Source of the DNA: a virus
Lineage: Duplodnaviria > Caudoviricetes
Direction: 5' to 3' (one strand)
Virus record (IMG/VR): IMGVR_UViG_3300028603_000005
Span: 27,662-91,661 of that record
Length of the DNA: 64,000 nucleotides
Part shown: piece after piece, positions 55,700 to 64,000 of the stretch
Numbering within the stretch: position 1 is the stretch's first letter
Layout: every line of letters begins with the position of its first letter
Translations under genes and position numbers: made by a program
Notes under the pieces: generated by a model
Seen by the model: only the letters and a program-made list of their open reading frames with translations
What the model was told of the DNA's origin: nothing
The model's database searches: none

Positions 55700-58039
55700 T
55701 TAGACCACATTATCTAGGCCCGTTATACAAGTTACTGTTTTAGTTATACTCGCTGAACTACTATTACCAAAAGAACCTGATGGGTCTGAGAAGTAAGCAG
55801 TAACTGTTGCACTTAACGTTCCTGTTAAGTATGTCGCAAAAGTTACTGTTTTAGAGCTATTAGCAGCTATGGTGTCTCTTTTTACTCCACCAGACATAAC
55901 ATCTACAACTTGTGGGTTATTGTTTTGAACAGTTGCTGTTAGGTTTCCTGTTACTTTACTACAAGCAATATTTGAAAGAATTGGTTTAATTAAGTTACCA
56001 CGAGTTATACTAATGTCAGCTTCAAAATATCTTGGTGTGTCTATTTCACCTAGAGGAGATAATAATTCTATTGTTTCATTAGAACTTGTTAGGTAAGAGA
56101 ATGTATCGTCTAACTTAATGAGTCCTCTTGGACTGCCACCAACAGTAGCTTCAACTTTGTAATTTCCACCCATTGGATTGCCACCAAACAGTTCAGAATA
56201 AATTACTGGACTAGACCAACCAGAAGTCATACTTATTTCTTGTCCTACTAAGTTTTCAGATACTACAAAGGCACCGTTTCTATATAGTGCGAAAGGACTA
56301 GAACCAACCGTTTTAACATAAGTTGCTTTTGGATTGTAGATAGACTTAAATGATTTGATTAAACCGTTAAAACCTGCTTTATAATTCGCAAAGCTTTGGC
56401 TTGGTACATCATAAACTTCTTTAATATAAATGAAGTTATCATCTATGTAGTTTTCTCCGTGTGTCCATTCAGCTACCTGCTCCATAGACACTCGTTTATT
56501 TTTAACACTACTAATAGTACTTATGTTTGAAGGAAGTCCTTTATAAGCAATTTGTTTTGATACTTCTTGTTTATTGGACGTTTGGTTTGGTTTATAGAAC
56601 ATAAAAGTAGTTCCTATAATTTTTTCAACAGTATTACTTAAACCTAAGGTAGGGCTAAGTCTGGAATCTATCATTCTCACTGTGCCTACTTTTAATGGTT
56701 CTATTTCTGTTTCTAAATAAATATATGTTGGACTACTTACTGAAGAAGCTTGTGCTCTAGCAGCTACTTTAATAGGTTCTTTGTGTGTATTAACTACCCT
56801 AATTTCAGCTAAGAACACATTTTTAGTAGTATCTGGGAATTCATTAACAACAAAAGGTTCTGCGATATAAGTACTAGGATAACTACTTGGTTCTATAATA
56901 TTGTTTTGTGTAAGTTGTATTGTTTTTTTAGTAGATATGTTATTTGGATTCCCTATTTCTGAAAACCACAATTCTACAGATGTAATTACTTTTTGATATA
57001 CTGTATTATTTGTTATATTAAAAGCAGAAACAAGCGTTGAAGCTTCTTTAGGGTGTAGTCCACTAAATGCAGGTGCATTTACAGATGATACACTTTCTAC
57101 TGTTGTGGCAAAGTTGATATCAGTGAGTTCAGAAGGTATTGTTTGTTTAACTCCACCTAACCAGAACTCAACATTTATTTTACTATTTATTTTTAATATT
57201 TCTCTATTATAGTTTTTTAATTTGATTTGAAAAGTACTTCCATTATTTACAAACACTACACTATCAGGTGCGAAGTAATTACCGTTAGAATCTTTTTCTC
57301 CAAGATAAGGTCTCCAACCGTGGTCATAGTTATCTATAGTAGAGTTATCCATATTTACTAAAGCTCTTACTTTATTACTTAGTTGAGGTAATTCTGAAGT
57401 TACCATTTCAATCAATACTCCAGCAGGTTTAAGAGCAAGTAGAGTTCTTAGAAGTACTTTATCTTCTTCTATTGGATTTTCTCTAGTACCTACCTTAGTT
57501 GTAATCTTAAAGAGTTCAGTATCTTCTACACCAATAGTTATATTATTCATTTTACCATAGATTTTGAAAAGTTCATCTAAGGAAAACTTAGTTCCTCTAT
57601 AAGTTAATAACTTAAATTGAGAACGTAAAAGTGTTTCTTTATCTTTAACTTCTTTAAGAAGTTTTTCTGTATCTATGTTTTCTATTTGGTCTAAGATGTT
57701 TAAGTTAGAGGCTAACAAAGCTAAAAGTATTTCATTATTTTTTAGATTGTTTCCTTCACCACTTTTAACTATATCTAAAAGGGTTTCAATGTCTTGAGCA
57801 TTTTCTAAGTTGTTAATCTTTTCTCTTGATTGACCAATAACAAAAGACAGTAATATAAGAAGTAAAATAATATCTTCATTATACACTGGTTCTTTATCTT
57901 CACCTTTACCTAGGTATAACATAGGTTCAGGAAAAGTATTTATGACATATTCTAAAACAAATAGTTGTTCTTCACTTAAAAGATTTTCTTCTAAAAAATA
58001 CTTAATAGTCAAAGAGTATTCTTTTATTTCATTAAACAT
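55700..58039 (-). CDS. baseplate wedge / tail protein with a long beta-rich C-terminus
   Basis: YRGT..SL and L..LKPAGV (tail protein I / gp7-like) follow the gp6-like gene. Confidence 0.65.
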   Translation of the reverse strand: MFNEIKEYSLTIKYFLEENLLSEEQLFVLEYVINTFPEPMLYLGKGEDKEPVYNEDIILLLILLSFVIGQSREKINNLENAQDIETLLDIVKSGEGNNLKNNEILLALLASNLNILDQIENIDTEKLLKEVKDKETLLRSQFKLLTYRGTKFSLDELFKIYGKMNNITIGVEDTELFKITTKVGTRENPIEEDKVLLRTLLALKPAGVLIEMVTSELPQLSNKVRALVNMDNSTIDNYDHGWRPYLGEKDSNGNYFAPDSVVFVNNGSTFQIKLKNYNREILKINSKINVEFWLGGVKQTIPSELTDINFATTVESVSSVNAPAFSGLHPKEASTLVSAFNITNNTVYQKVITSVELWFSEIGNPNNISTKKTIQLTQNNIIEPSSYPSTYIAEPFVVNEFPDTTKNVFLAEIRVVNTHKEPIKVAARAQASSVSSPTYIYLETEIEPLKVGTVRMIDSRLSPTLGLSNTVEKIIGTTFMFYKPNQTSNKQEVSKQIAYKGLPSNISTISSVKNKRVSMEQVAEWTHGENYIDDNFIYIKEVYDVPSQSFANYKAGFNGLIKSFKSIYNPKATYVKTVGSSPFALYRNGAFVVSENLVGQEISMTSGWSSPVIYSELFGGNPMGGNYKVEATVGGSPRGLIKLDDTFSYLTSSNETIELLSPLGEIDTPRYFEADISITRGNLIKPILSNIACSKVTGNLTATVQNNNPQVVDVMSGGVKRDTIAANSSKTVTFATYLTGTLSATVTAYFSDPSGSFGNSSSASITKTVTCITGLDNVV

Positions 58040-58050
58040 ATTACCTCTCC

Positions 58051-59562
58051 TTAAGGTGCTTCAATAATTAAAGTATTGTAGTGTGGAAATTCCCAGAATA
58101 ATAACTCTAATTCTTCAACATAATCTGGTTCTTCATTTTCATTAAACTTCCATATAAATGCTCTTAGTCCTTGTCTTTTGAAAATACTTCCTACTTCTGA
58201 ATCTAAAATTGCTTGTTCTAAGTCCCAAGCACTGATAGTTCCACCAATACCTACACCTTTAAGATATTTTTTAATTATATTTTTAAGTTGGGCTTTATCT
58301 TCCTCAGTTACTTGTGAAGCTGCTCTTGATACTAACTTAATGTCAAATAGAGATTGATAAATAGAAGTGTTGAATTTGTCTTTGTTAATAAAGATTTCTA
58401 AACCAGAGACTTTAAAGTTATCTAGTAAAGTTTGTAAGGCTGTCGTATTTTCTGGTATATCAAAAGAGAGGTCATCACCTTCTACTGCTACATAAACTCC
58501 GATTTGTCCTTTATCAAAATGGTTCTCTCCTCTTTTAAAACCACCCTTAGTATCAGCAGTACCATCAATGATTAGACAGTCTATTACATTAGGTAATGCT
58601 GTTTGTTTATTAATAATATAATTCTTATAGTCATCTAAAGTAACTAAGGCGTTAGAAGTGTTAAAGAATAGTTTATAACCTTCTCTTACTTCTTCTGCTG
58701 TTGCTGGGTCACTACCTCTAACAAAAGTTGTGTTTGATTCTTGGTTGAAAGTAATATTGCCTATCGTAACTCCTTTTGTAGGGAATTTAGTTATAGAACT
58801 TCCATCAGTGATAATATACTCAAAGACTAAAGATAGTGTTTCGTTAAAGCCTTGTGGGAATTTAATATAAGTTATCCCTAAAGTATCTACATCTAACTCA
58901 TATACTTTCTCATCATTACCTCTACCAATAACAGAGTCTACTTCTGTCCACTCAGTAATAGTGCTTCCTGTTGTTTCAAAAAGACGACTTGTTTGATAAG
59001 GTGTTTTAGAACCTATTGCTACAGACCTATCAGTAATCCCTTTTGTGTTATTTCCAGCTAAGGTTTCTGTACTAAAAGCGATACTTTCTTTTCTGCCTTG
59101 AGCAAAAGGTAGTTCTACTGAGTTCTCATTAATTTCTATACTATCACCTATATAAATCCAGAATGAGTTTTCATCTACTTCTTTAGCTACTGTAAAACGC
59201 TCTAAAGGAGTTGAAGTCTCTCCTAATCCATCAATAACATCTAAATAAGCTACGGCAGGTTTATAACTCGGTATTTTATAACCTACTGAGTTAGCAATCC
59301 TAACCATAGAAGCTCTTTCTCTAGCAGTAGACATATAACCCTCTAATGTTCTATAGTCTATCATATAGTTTAAGATATCTGTGTGAGCTGCTAATAAATG
59401 AAGGATTAGAAATAAAGGGTCTGCTTCAGAAACATTATCCCATTCCCAACCTATTACACTATCTTCACCTTTAATGAAGTCTATTAAGTCTCCTAAAATG
59501 CTTTCATAATCTCTTGATGTATATGATAGGTTTTTTAATATTTTATCTTTTAAACTATCCAT
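58051..59562 (-). CDS. baseplate wedge subunit (T4 gp6 / baseplate J-like)
   Basis: YTSRDYESI, TARER.S....A..VGY, VTLDDY. Confidence 0.85.
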   Translation of the reverse strand: MDSLKDKILKNLSYTSRDYESILGDLIDFIKGEDSVIGWEWDNVSEADPLFLILHLLAAHTDILNYMIDYRTLEGYMSTARERASMVRIANSVGYKIPSYKPAVAYLDVIDGLGETSTPLERFTVAKEVDENSFWIYIGDSIEINENSVELPFAQGRKESIAFSTETLAGNNTKGITDRSVAIGSKTPYQTSRLFETTGSTITEWTEVDSVIGRGNDEKVYELDVDTLGITYIKFPQGFNETLSLVFEYIITDGSSITKFPTKGVTIGNITFNQESNTTFVRGSDPATAEEVREGYKLFFNTSNALVTLDDYKNYIINKQTALPNVIDCLIIDGTADTKGGFKRGENHFDKGQIGVYVAVEGDDLSFDIPENTTALQTLLDNFKVSGLEIFINKDKFNTSIYQSLFDIKLVSRAASQVTEEDKAQLKNIIKKYLKGVGIGGTISAWDLEQAILDSEVGSIFKRQGLRAFIWKFNENEEPDYVEELELLFWEFPHYNTLIIEAP

Positions 59563-59566
59563 TTAT

Positions 59567-59923
59567 CTAACCTCTCTCTAATGTTATTGTTCTAGTTTCA
59601 TTTCCTAGCCCAACTTCTATATCTATAATTATTTTAGAGTTAATATCATCAAAAGACATTTCTAATGAAGTTAAGTTAACTCTTCCGTATGTGTTAAAAA
59701 ACTTTTTAATATCGTCTGCTATCAAATTAAAGATAGCTCTTCTGTTGCTTAAATATAAATACTTCTCTAAGTCTAATCCCATGTTGTTTCCAAAGAATAA
59801 GGAGTGTCTAGGAAAATTAAGAAGTAGTTCTAACTCTCTCACGATAAGGTCAATTCCACTAAGGAGATTAATTTCTTCTTTTTCGTGATTAAATAGTTTT
59901 TTGTAATCTGCTCCTACTGCCAT
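59567..59923 (-). CDS. baseplate wedge protein, gp25-like
   Basis: Size, position and L..LL......LF....MG.DL pattern. Confidence 0.65.
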   Translation of the reverse strand: MAVGADYKKLFNHEKEEINLLSGIDLIVRELELLLNFPRHSLFFGNNMGLDLEKYLYLSNRRAIFNLIADDIKKFFNTYGRVNLTSLEMSFDDINSKIIIDIEVGLGNETRTITLERG

Positions 59924-59933
59924 AAGTACCTCC

Positions 59934-60314
59934 TTAATAAAGTGGATTAGGATACTCTCTAAGACTACGCTTACTAGGTAAATTTAAGGGGGTTCCTTGT
60001 TGTAGTTTTAAAGGGTCTTTAATTCCATTCATATATGCTATTGCTCTCCAAAGCGAAGCTTTACCATAATATTTGGTGGCAATAACATCTATTCTGTTTT
60101 CTGTTACAATTATAGTATCTCTTCCACCAAAAGGAAAGACTACCATATCAGAAGGACTTAAGGTAGCTTTGATTCGCTTACCATCTTCTAAAAGAAGTTC
60201 ATCTATTCTTTTATAAAATGAATCATCCTCTACTGTATATGGGACTATGTATTGTTCAACTATAGAAGAGTCGTTGTATCTTTTATTTAACTCTTTTGGT
60301 ATTCTTCTTGACAT
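59934..60314 (-). CDS. LysM / gp53-like baseplate protein
   Basis: RIDVIA.KYYG...LWRAIA..N.I.DP..L..G..L.LP. Confidence 0.8.
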   Translation of the reverse strand: MSRRIPKELNKRYNDSSIVEQYIVPYTVEDDSFYKRIDELLLEDGKRIKATLSPSDMVVFPFGGRDTIIVTENRIDVIATKYYGKASLWRAIAYMNGIKDPLKLQQGTPLNLPSKRSLREYPNPLY

Positions 60315-60329
60315 AAGTTAATGCCTCCT

Positions 60330-60620
60330 TTACACTGGTTGATTTTCAACATAATAATCTCTGTTGATAGTTGGGTCGCTTGTGAATGTTCCACCTATTC
60401 CACTTAACATATCTTTATTCCATTCTGTCATTCCATAATTCGCTCCTCTAGTACGCCAAGCATTTGTTAGTATAATCCCAATAAGGGATATACCACTACC
60501 ACTTATAGCCAGCCAAGTTATGCGTAATGATAATACGCCTTTCCAGCTACCCATTGACTTGACAACTGCCCAGACACCTTTCCAAAACCTAACCCACCAG
60601 TCCCACCAACGCTTAATCAT
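60330..60620 (-). CDS. Trp-rich membrane peptide, possibly chimeric
   Basis: Amphipathic/hydrophobic N-terminal half joined to an unrelated-looking polar half. Confidence 0.4.
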   Translation of the reverse strand: MIKRWWDWWVRFWKGVWAVVKSMGSWKGVLSLRITWLAISGSGISLIGIILTNAWRTRGANYGMTEWNKDMLSGIGGTFTSDPTINRDYYVENQPV

Positions 60621-61204
60621 GATTCTATTTCTAAATTGTGAAGTGTAGTATCAACCCAATCAACTACATCTTTATAATCGTTTTGTTGTTGGCGTAAGTT
60701 GTTTACTTTTTCTAAAATTTCATTAGTCAATTCACTTGACCCGTTTTCATAAAAACTTAAAATTAAGAAAAAGTGCGTGTAGCGTTTTGCGAATTGATAT
60801 TTTAAATGATGTGGTAATTTTCCAACACTTTCAAAATAATAATCTTTTATCGTTTTCAAATAAACCTTTTTAATTTTTGAATCATACATTTGGAAATCAA
60901 CAGTGCTTAAATCGTTGTCATTAGACTTAATCGTTAGTTGATAATTGTAAAGGCTGTGTCTAATTTCAGTGTCAATAAAATTAAGTTTATTTTGGAATTC
61001 TTGTGGATTTAAAATTAATATATCAACGGCTTTATTATCGTAGGTGTCTTTAATTTTATGTGCTGTAGTATTTTCAGCAACAACTAAATAATCATAATCG
61101 TTAGGGCTATCGGAATAAAGCCGACTACCCACAACGAATATATGAATAACATCTAAATCTTTTATTTTATCTTGTAATAATTGATTAACTCCCATAGCTT
61201 TCAC
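60617..61204 (-). CDS. pol-beta-superfamily nucleotidyltransferase-domain protein
   Basis: VVGSRLY.....DYDYLVV...VDI. Confidence 0.7.
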   Translation of the reverse strand: MKAMGVNQLLQDKIKDLDVIHIFVVGSRLYSDSPNDYDYLVVAENTTAHKIKDTYDNKAVDILILNPQEFQNKLNFIDTEIRHSLYNYQLTIKSNDNDLSTVDFQMYDSKIKKVYLKTIKDYYFESVGKLPHHLKYQFAKRYTHFFLILSFYENGSSELTNEILEKVNNLRQQQNDYKDVVDWVDTTLHNLEIES

Positions 61205-61212
61205 CTCCGATT

Positions 61213-61767
61213 TTAAACTGCAACCGCAGCAACAACGTATTCAAAGTAGTTAAGTGTTGATTGGTCAGCAATAACAATAACGAAGCCCTCATAATAATCA
61301 CCCGCCGGTCTTAGTTTCCAATAAGAATAGCTCGTTCCATCATCAGCTCTAAGTGCTATATTATTTACTGCATAATTCCAACTACCCCAATCAACAACAT
61401 ATTCTACGTACCATTGGGTGTGTTGCGTCATGAAAGCGTTCATAACATCCATTTCACCGGCACCCTCTGGGACGGTCACACTTAATTTAACATTGGCTTG
61501 TTCATAATCTCCGAGTGTTGCTTTATAAAACTCAAAGTTTGGGTAGTTGATATCAAGATACTGAATACCTTGTTTATACTGGCCGTTAATATCTGAAGCA
61601 ATAAGTAAGTCAAAATTGTAAGGCTCACTTGAAAATTGACCTACAAATTGCCATTGTAATGTTAATGTTTTGGAATATACTACCGTTCCGTTTAGTCTTT
61701 CAACAAGTATATCAACATTATTTAATTTATTGCTTGTAATCTCTACTCCGTTTATTTTAATAGCCAT
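61213..61767 (-). CDS. putative tail-fibre-associated protein
   Basis: N-terminal I.INGVEI...L.NG..VY pattern; tail module context. Confidence 0.5.
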   Translation of the reverse strand: MAIKINGVEITSNKLNNVDILVERLNGTVVYSKTLTLQWQFVGQFSSEPYNFDLLIASDINGQYKQGIQYLDINYPNFEFYKATLGDYEQANVKLSVTVPEGAGEMDVMNAFMTQHTQWYVEYVVDWGSWNYAVNNIALRADDGTSYSYWKLRPAGDYYEGFVIVIADQSTLNYFEYVVAAVAV

Positions 61768-61770
61768 AAA

Positions 61771-62244
61771 CTAACCTTCTAACCGCCATACTTTACCAAC
61801 ATATAAAGTATAGTTAGCTGTTGTCCATTGAATTTCGTTGCCACTAAAATAGCCTTCTAAGTATCTTTTGTTTCCAAAGTATATTGTTTGATTTCTATAA
61901 GAACAAGTAAAGGTATAGTTTTTTAGTCTATCGCCGTAAAGCCTGCTAATGGTTGTGTGATAGTGTTCTGTTGTGCTTGTTGGTGATATTGTATCATAGT
62001 TCATTGTGATTATCACAACTTGAGCTGGTAATGCGTATGAATTACTGTTTAAAGATACTTCGATTGCTAATACATCGCCCCTGTTAATGGTTGTGCCTAA
62101 GTTTAGTGAACCTACGGTTGTTCCTGCACCAACGGAAGTTAGGTAAGTTGTTGGGGTTCTATCTCGCAGGAGTTTCCATTGTTGCCCTGAATCAACCTGT
62201 TCTACCCATTGACTTCCATCGTGTCTATACAAACTCGCTTTCAT
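61771..62244 (-). CDS. putative tail-fibre tip / receptor-binding protein
   Basis: Beta-rich, T/Y-rich; tail module context. Confidence 0.5.
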   Translation of the reverse strand: MKASLYRHDGSQWVEQVDSGQQWKLLRDRTPTTYLTSVGAGTTVGSLNLGTTINRGDVLAIEVSLNSNSYALPAQVVIITMNYDTISPTSTTEHYHTTISRLYGDRLKNYTFTCSYRNQTIYFGNKRYLEGYFSGNEIQWTTANYTLYVGKVWRLEG

Positions 62245-62256
62245 AATTGCCTCCTA

Positions 62257-63483
62257 TTATTTTTTTAAAAAGAATAAGTCTCCCGCTTTCATTCCACTTG
62301 TTGGTAAAGCCATCCCTACGCCTATAGTTGGTATCGCTGCCATTGCATCATCTGCTAAATCATGAGCTGTTTGGGCTGCGTTATATGCTCCTGCGATTGT
62401 TTGAGGGTTGCTAGTGTAATAATTAGTAGTTCCTCTTAATAGTTTAATAGCCTTTGCAAGGGCATTAAACCAACTATTTATACTTAAAACGCTGGAACTA
62501 AAAGGCAAATCATCCCAAGACGCAACGTTTTCATTCAACGTAAAGGCTTTTATCTTACTCTGGTCTATATTTCCTTCTAACATTTCGTTAGTTATTGCAT
62601 CATTCCCAACTCTTAAGGTTGTTCCACTCTTTGCTAAACCAAGACCTGCCTTAACTGTATCTGGCTTTGAGAATGCAACCCATGTGTTTTCTGTCGAGCA
62701 ATGGTAGATATAGTCGTTATTTGTATTTCCAGACTCAACGAACACTGCACTACCCAAAGCACTATCTGTCTCTAATCTTTGTGGTATTTTAGATGCATTT
62801 AATACATATACACCATTTTGTGATGCTGTTGTTTGGTTTTTAATCAAAACTCTATCATTCGCATTAAGTGATACGCCATCTAAAGCATTGAGTGCAGAAG
62901 TGATAGTGATATTACTTATTGAAGCAGCCTTAACTGGTTCTCTTGTTGTAAAACCTGAACTTACTTTGTTGTCTACATACTCTCTATTAGCGGCATCGTT
63001 TGGTTGTTCTGGCGTTGCTAAGTTTATAATTCTGTTATTTAACATGTTTATCCAACCGTTGCTTACTAACATACCGGCATCAGTGTTTACCTCTAAAGCC
63101 CCGTTACCATTTAAAATGATGCTTTCATCTTGTCCGCCAAGAGTGATTGAAGCAAACGTATTATCAGATGCTTTAATAGTTGTTAGCCTAGCTTCTCCAC
63201 CACTTAGTGTGCCTGTAAATGTAGGGCTGCTCTTTGTTAAGTATGTATCTATTAAACTTGGCAATAATTCAACTGGTATCTCGCCACCGCTGTCTAATTG
63301 TACTAAATGCTCTGCAGTGTTAAAATCGTTTAAGTAAGTGTTGATAAGGTTTAATTGTGCTTTCGTTGATACTTGAAGCGTATCTGTTGCGGCTATTTGG
63401 TCTGCGGATGTTTCAAAGTAAAATAGTTCCCACCCTGTTTCGCCTCTCTTAAAGTATTGAACTTTATTAGGTGTATATGCCAT
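62257..63483 (-). CDS. tail fibre protein
   Basis: DAANREYVD, VKAAS..NI, DGVSL...DRVLIKNQT....NGVY. Confidence 0.8.
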   Translation of the reverse strand: MAYTPNKVQYFKRGETGWELFYFETSADQIAATDTLQVSTKAQLNLINTYLNDFNTAEHLVQLDSGGEIPVELLPSLIDTYLTKSSPTFTGTLSGGEARLTTIKASDNTFASITLGGQDESIILNGNGALEVNTDAGMLVSNGWINMLNNRIINLATPEQPNDAANREYVDNKVSSGFTTREPVKAASISNITITSALNALDGVSLNANDRVLIKNQTTASQNGVYVLNASKIPQRLETDSALGSAVFVESGNTNNDYIYHCSTENTWVAFSKPDTVKAGLGLAKSGTTLRVGNDAITNEMLEGNIDQSKIKAFTLNENVASWDDLPFSSSVLSINSWFNALAKAIKLLRGTTNYYTSNPQTIAGAYNAAQTAHDLADDAMAAIPTIGVGMALPTSGMKAGDLFFLKK

Positions 63484-63485
63484 TG

Positions 63486-63863
63486 TTATTCATCTCCTTT
63501 TTCTATTGGTTTTGCTAGAAATATCTCACCATTATCGTAAACAAGATGTTCTACGGGTGTGTCTATAGGTAGCCTAACGCTTATATCTGCCTCTTTAACT
63601 TCTACCTCTTGCATACTTGTTTCATTGACCTTTAAATGATATATTCTTGTTTTGTTTATTATTTCTTGAAGTCTTTCTTCGTCTATTGCTTCTGGTATGT
63701 TACTTGAGCCATTGATATACGCCTTGGTATATATCTTCCCAAACTCAATAACGCATATAGGTATCTCCGCCAATACTTCCCTGTCATGCAATAACTTGAC
63801 TTCTTTAAACTCTTCAATTTGTTTTCCTGTTATCTTATAATTTATTAGTTGTTTCATATTCAA
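63486..63863 (-). CDS. hypothetical protein
   Basis: ORF. Confidence 0.6.
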   Translation of the reverse strand: MNMKQLINYKITGKQIEEFKEVKLLHDREVLAEIPICVIEFGKIYTKAYINGSSNIPEAIDEERLQEIINKTRIYHLKVNETSMQEVEVKEADISVRLPIDTPVEHLVYDNGEIFLAKPIEKGDE

Positions 63864-64000
63864 TCTCCTATCTGTGGTGTATATACTTCTTCGCTAGTGT
63901 CGGGTTCTGTTTGAACTTCTGTGTCACCCTCTGCCTTTGTATAAACTTCATCACTGGTATCTGGTTCTGTTTGAACTTCTGTGTCACCCTCTGCCTTTGT
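63860..64000 (-). CDS. 3' end of a gene with 20-aa tandem repeats (TKAEGDTEVQTEPDTS(D/E)EVY); truncated by the window edge
   Basis: 60-bp tandem repeat, open frame to TGA at 63860-63862. Confidence 0.7.
   Translation of the reverse strand, partial: TKAEGDTEVQTEPDTSDEVYTKAEGDTEVQTEPDTSEEVYTPQIGD

Noticed and set aside
207-63337. All plus-strand ORFs in the supplied track (e.g. 207-518, 9987-10343, 45056-45400, 62888-63337) and nested minus-strand ORFs 14761-14949 and 14950-15162
   Set aside because: They are antisense or off-frame shadows of well-supported minus-strand genes, rich in Ser/Leu/Phe or produced by repeats, with no recognisable motifs.
1-64000. tRNA, tmRNA, rRNA, integrase, reverse transcriptase, intein or group I/II intron
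   Set aside because: No cloverleaf with T-loop GTTCRA, no catalytic motifs and no splice-junction signatures were recognised by eye; tRNAscan-SE and Infernal would be needed to exclude divergent cases.
1-64000. Stop-codon reassignment
   Set aside because: Long conserved genes (terL, portal, metK, recA, helicases) are intact in the standard code, and the split genes have separate SD/start sites rather than single in-frame stops.

Overview
This window is a 64-kb segment of a large, AT-rich, lytic-type dsDNA tailed phage with a contractile tail. T4-like portal, neck, gp25 and gp6 baseplate homologues are present. Essentially every real gene lies on the minus strand, in the standard code with strong GGAGG-type Shine-Dalgarno sites, which suggests a low-GC Bacillota/Mollicutes-type host (inference only). 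Reading in the direction of transcription (right to left): tail-fibre and baseplate genes (64-55 kb); terminase large subunit; nucleases and a metallophosphoesterase; a neck gene and probable virion proteins (50-44 kb); a sigma-like factor; a replication/recombination/methylation block; a second sigma-like factor; then neck, portal, head-associated, tail-fibre and holin genes. The replication block holds a split family-A DNA polymerase, split primase, split SbcC plus SbcD, SNF2 helicase, MetK, three DNA methyltransferases, RNA ligase, RecA, DnaB, SSB and RuvC. Three promoter classes are visible: host sigma70-type, a 7-copy phage motif ATATAAA-N12-ACACTATAG, and a 2-copy motif TAAACA-N6-AAGTATATTATATAATG. 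The most striking unexplained feature is a family of five ~140-155 nt non-coding units in two arrays (7.7-8.2 kb and 49.95-50.57 kb). Each unit has three hairpins, a conserved loop UA(A/G)GAG(A/C)AGUCUA(U/C) on covarying stems and a 3' GUCAA box, and most units sit inside closing stems. Both arrays lie behind the same 2-copy promoter motif and just upstream of a neck gene. This looks like an undescribed modular phage ncRNA (or structured-DNA) system. All protein calls come from motif recognition, not database searches.
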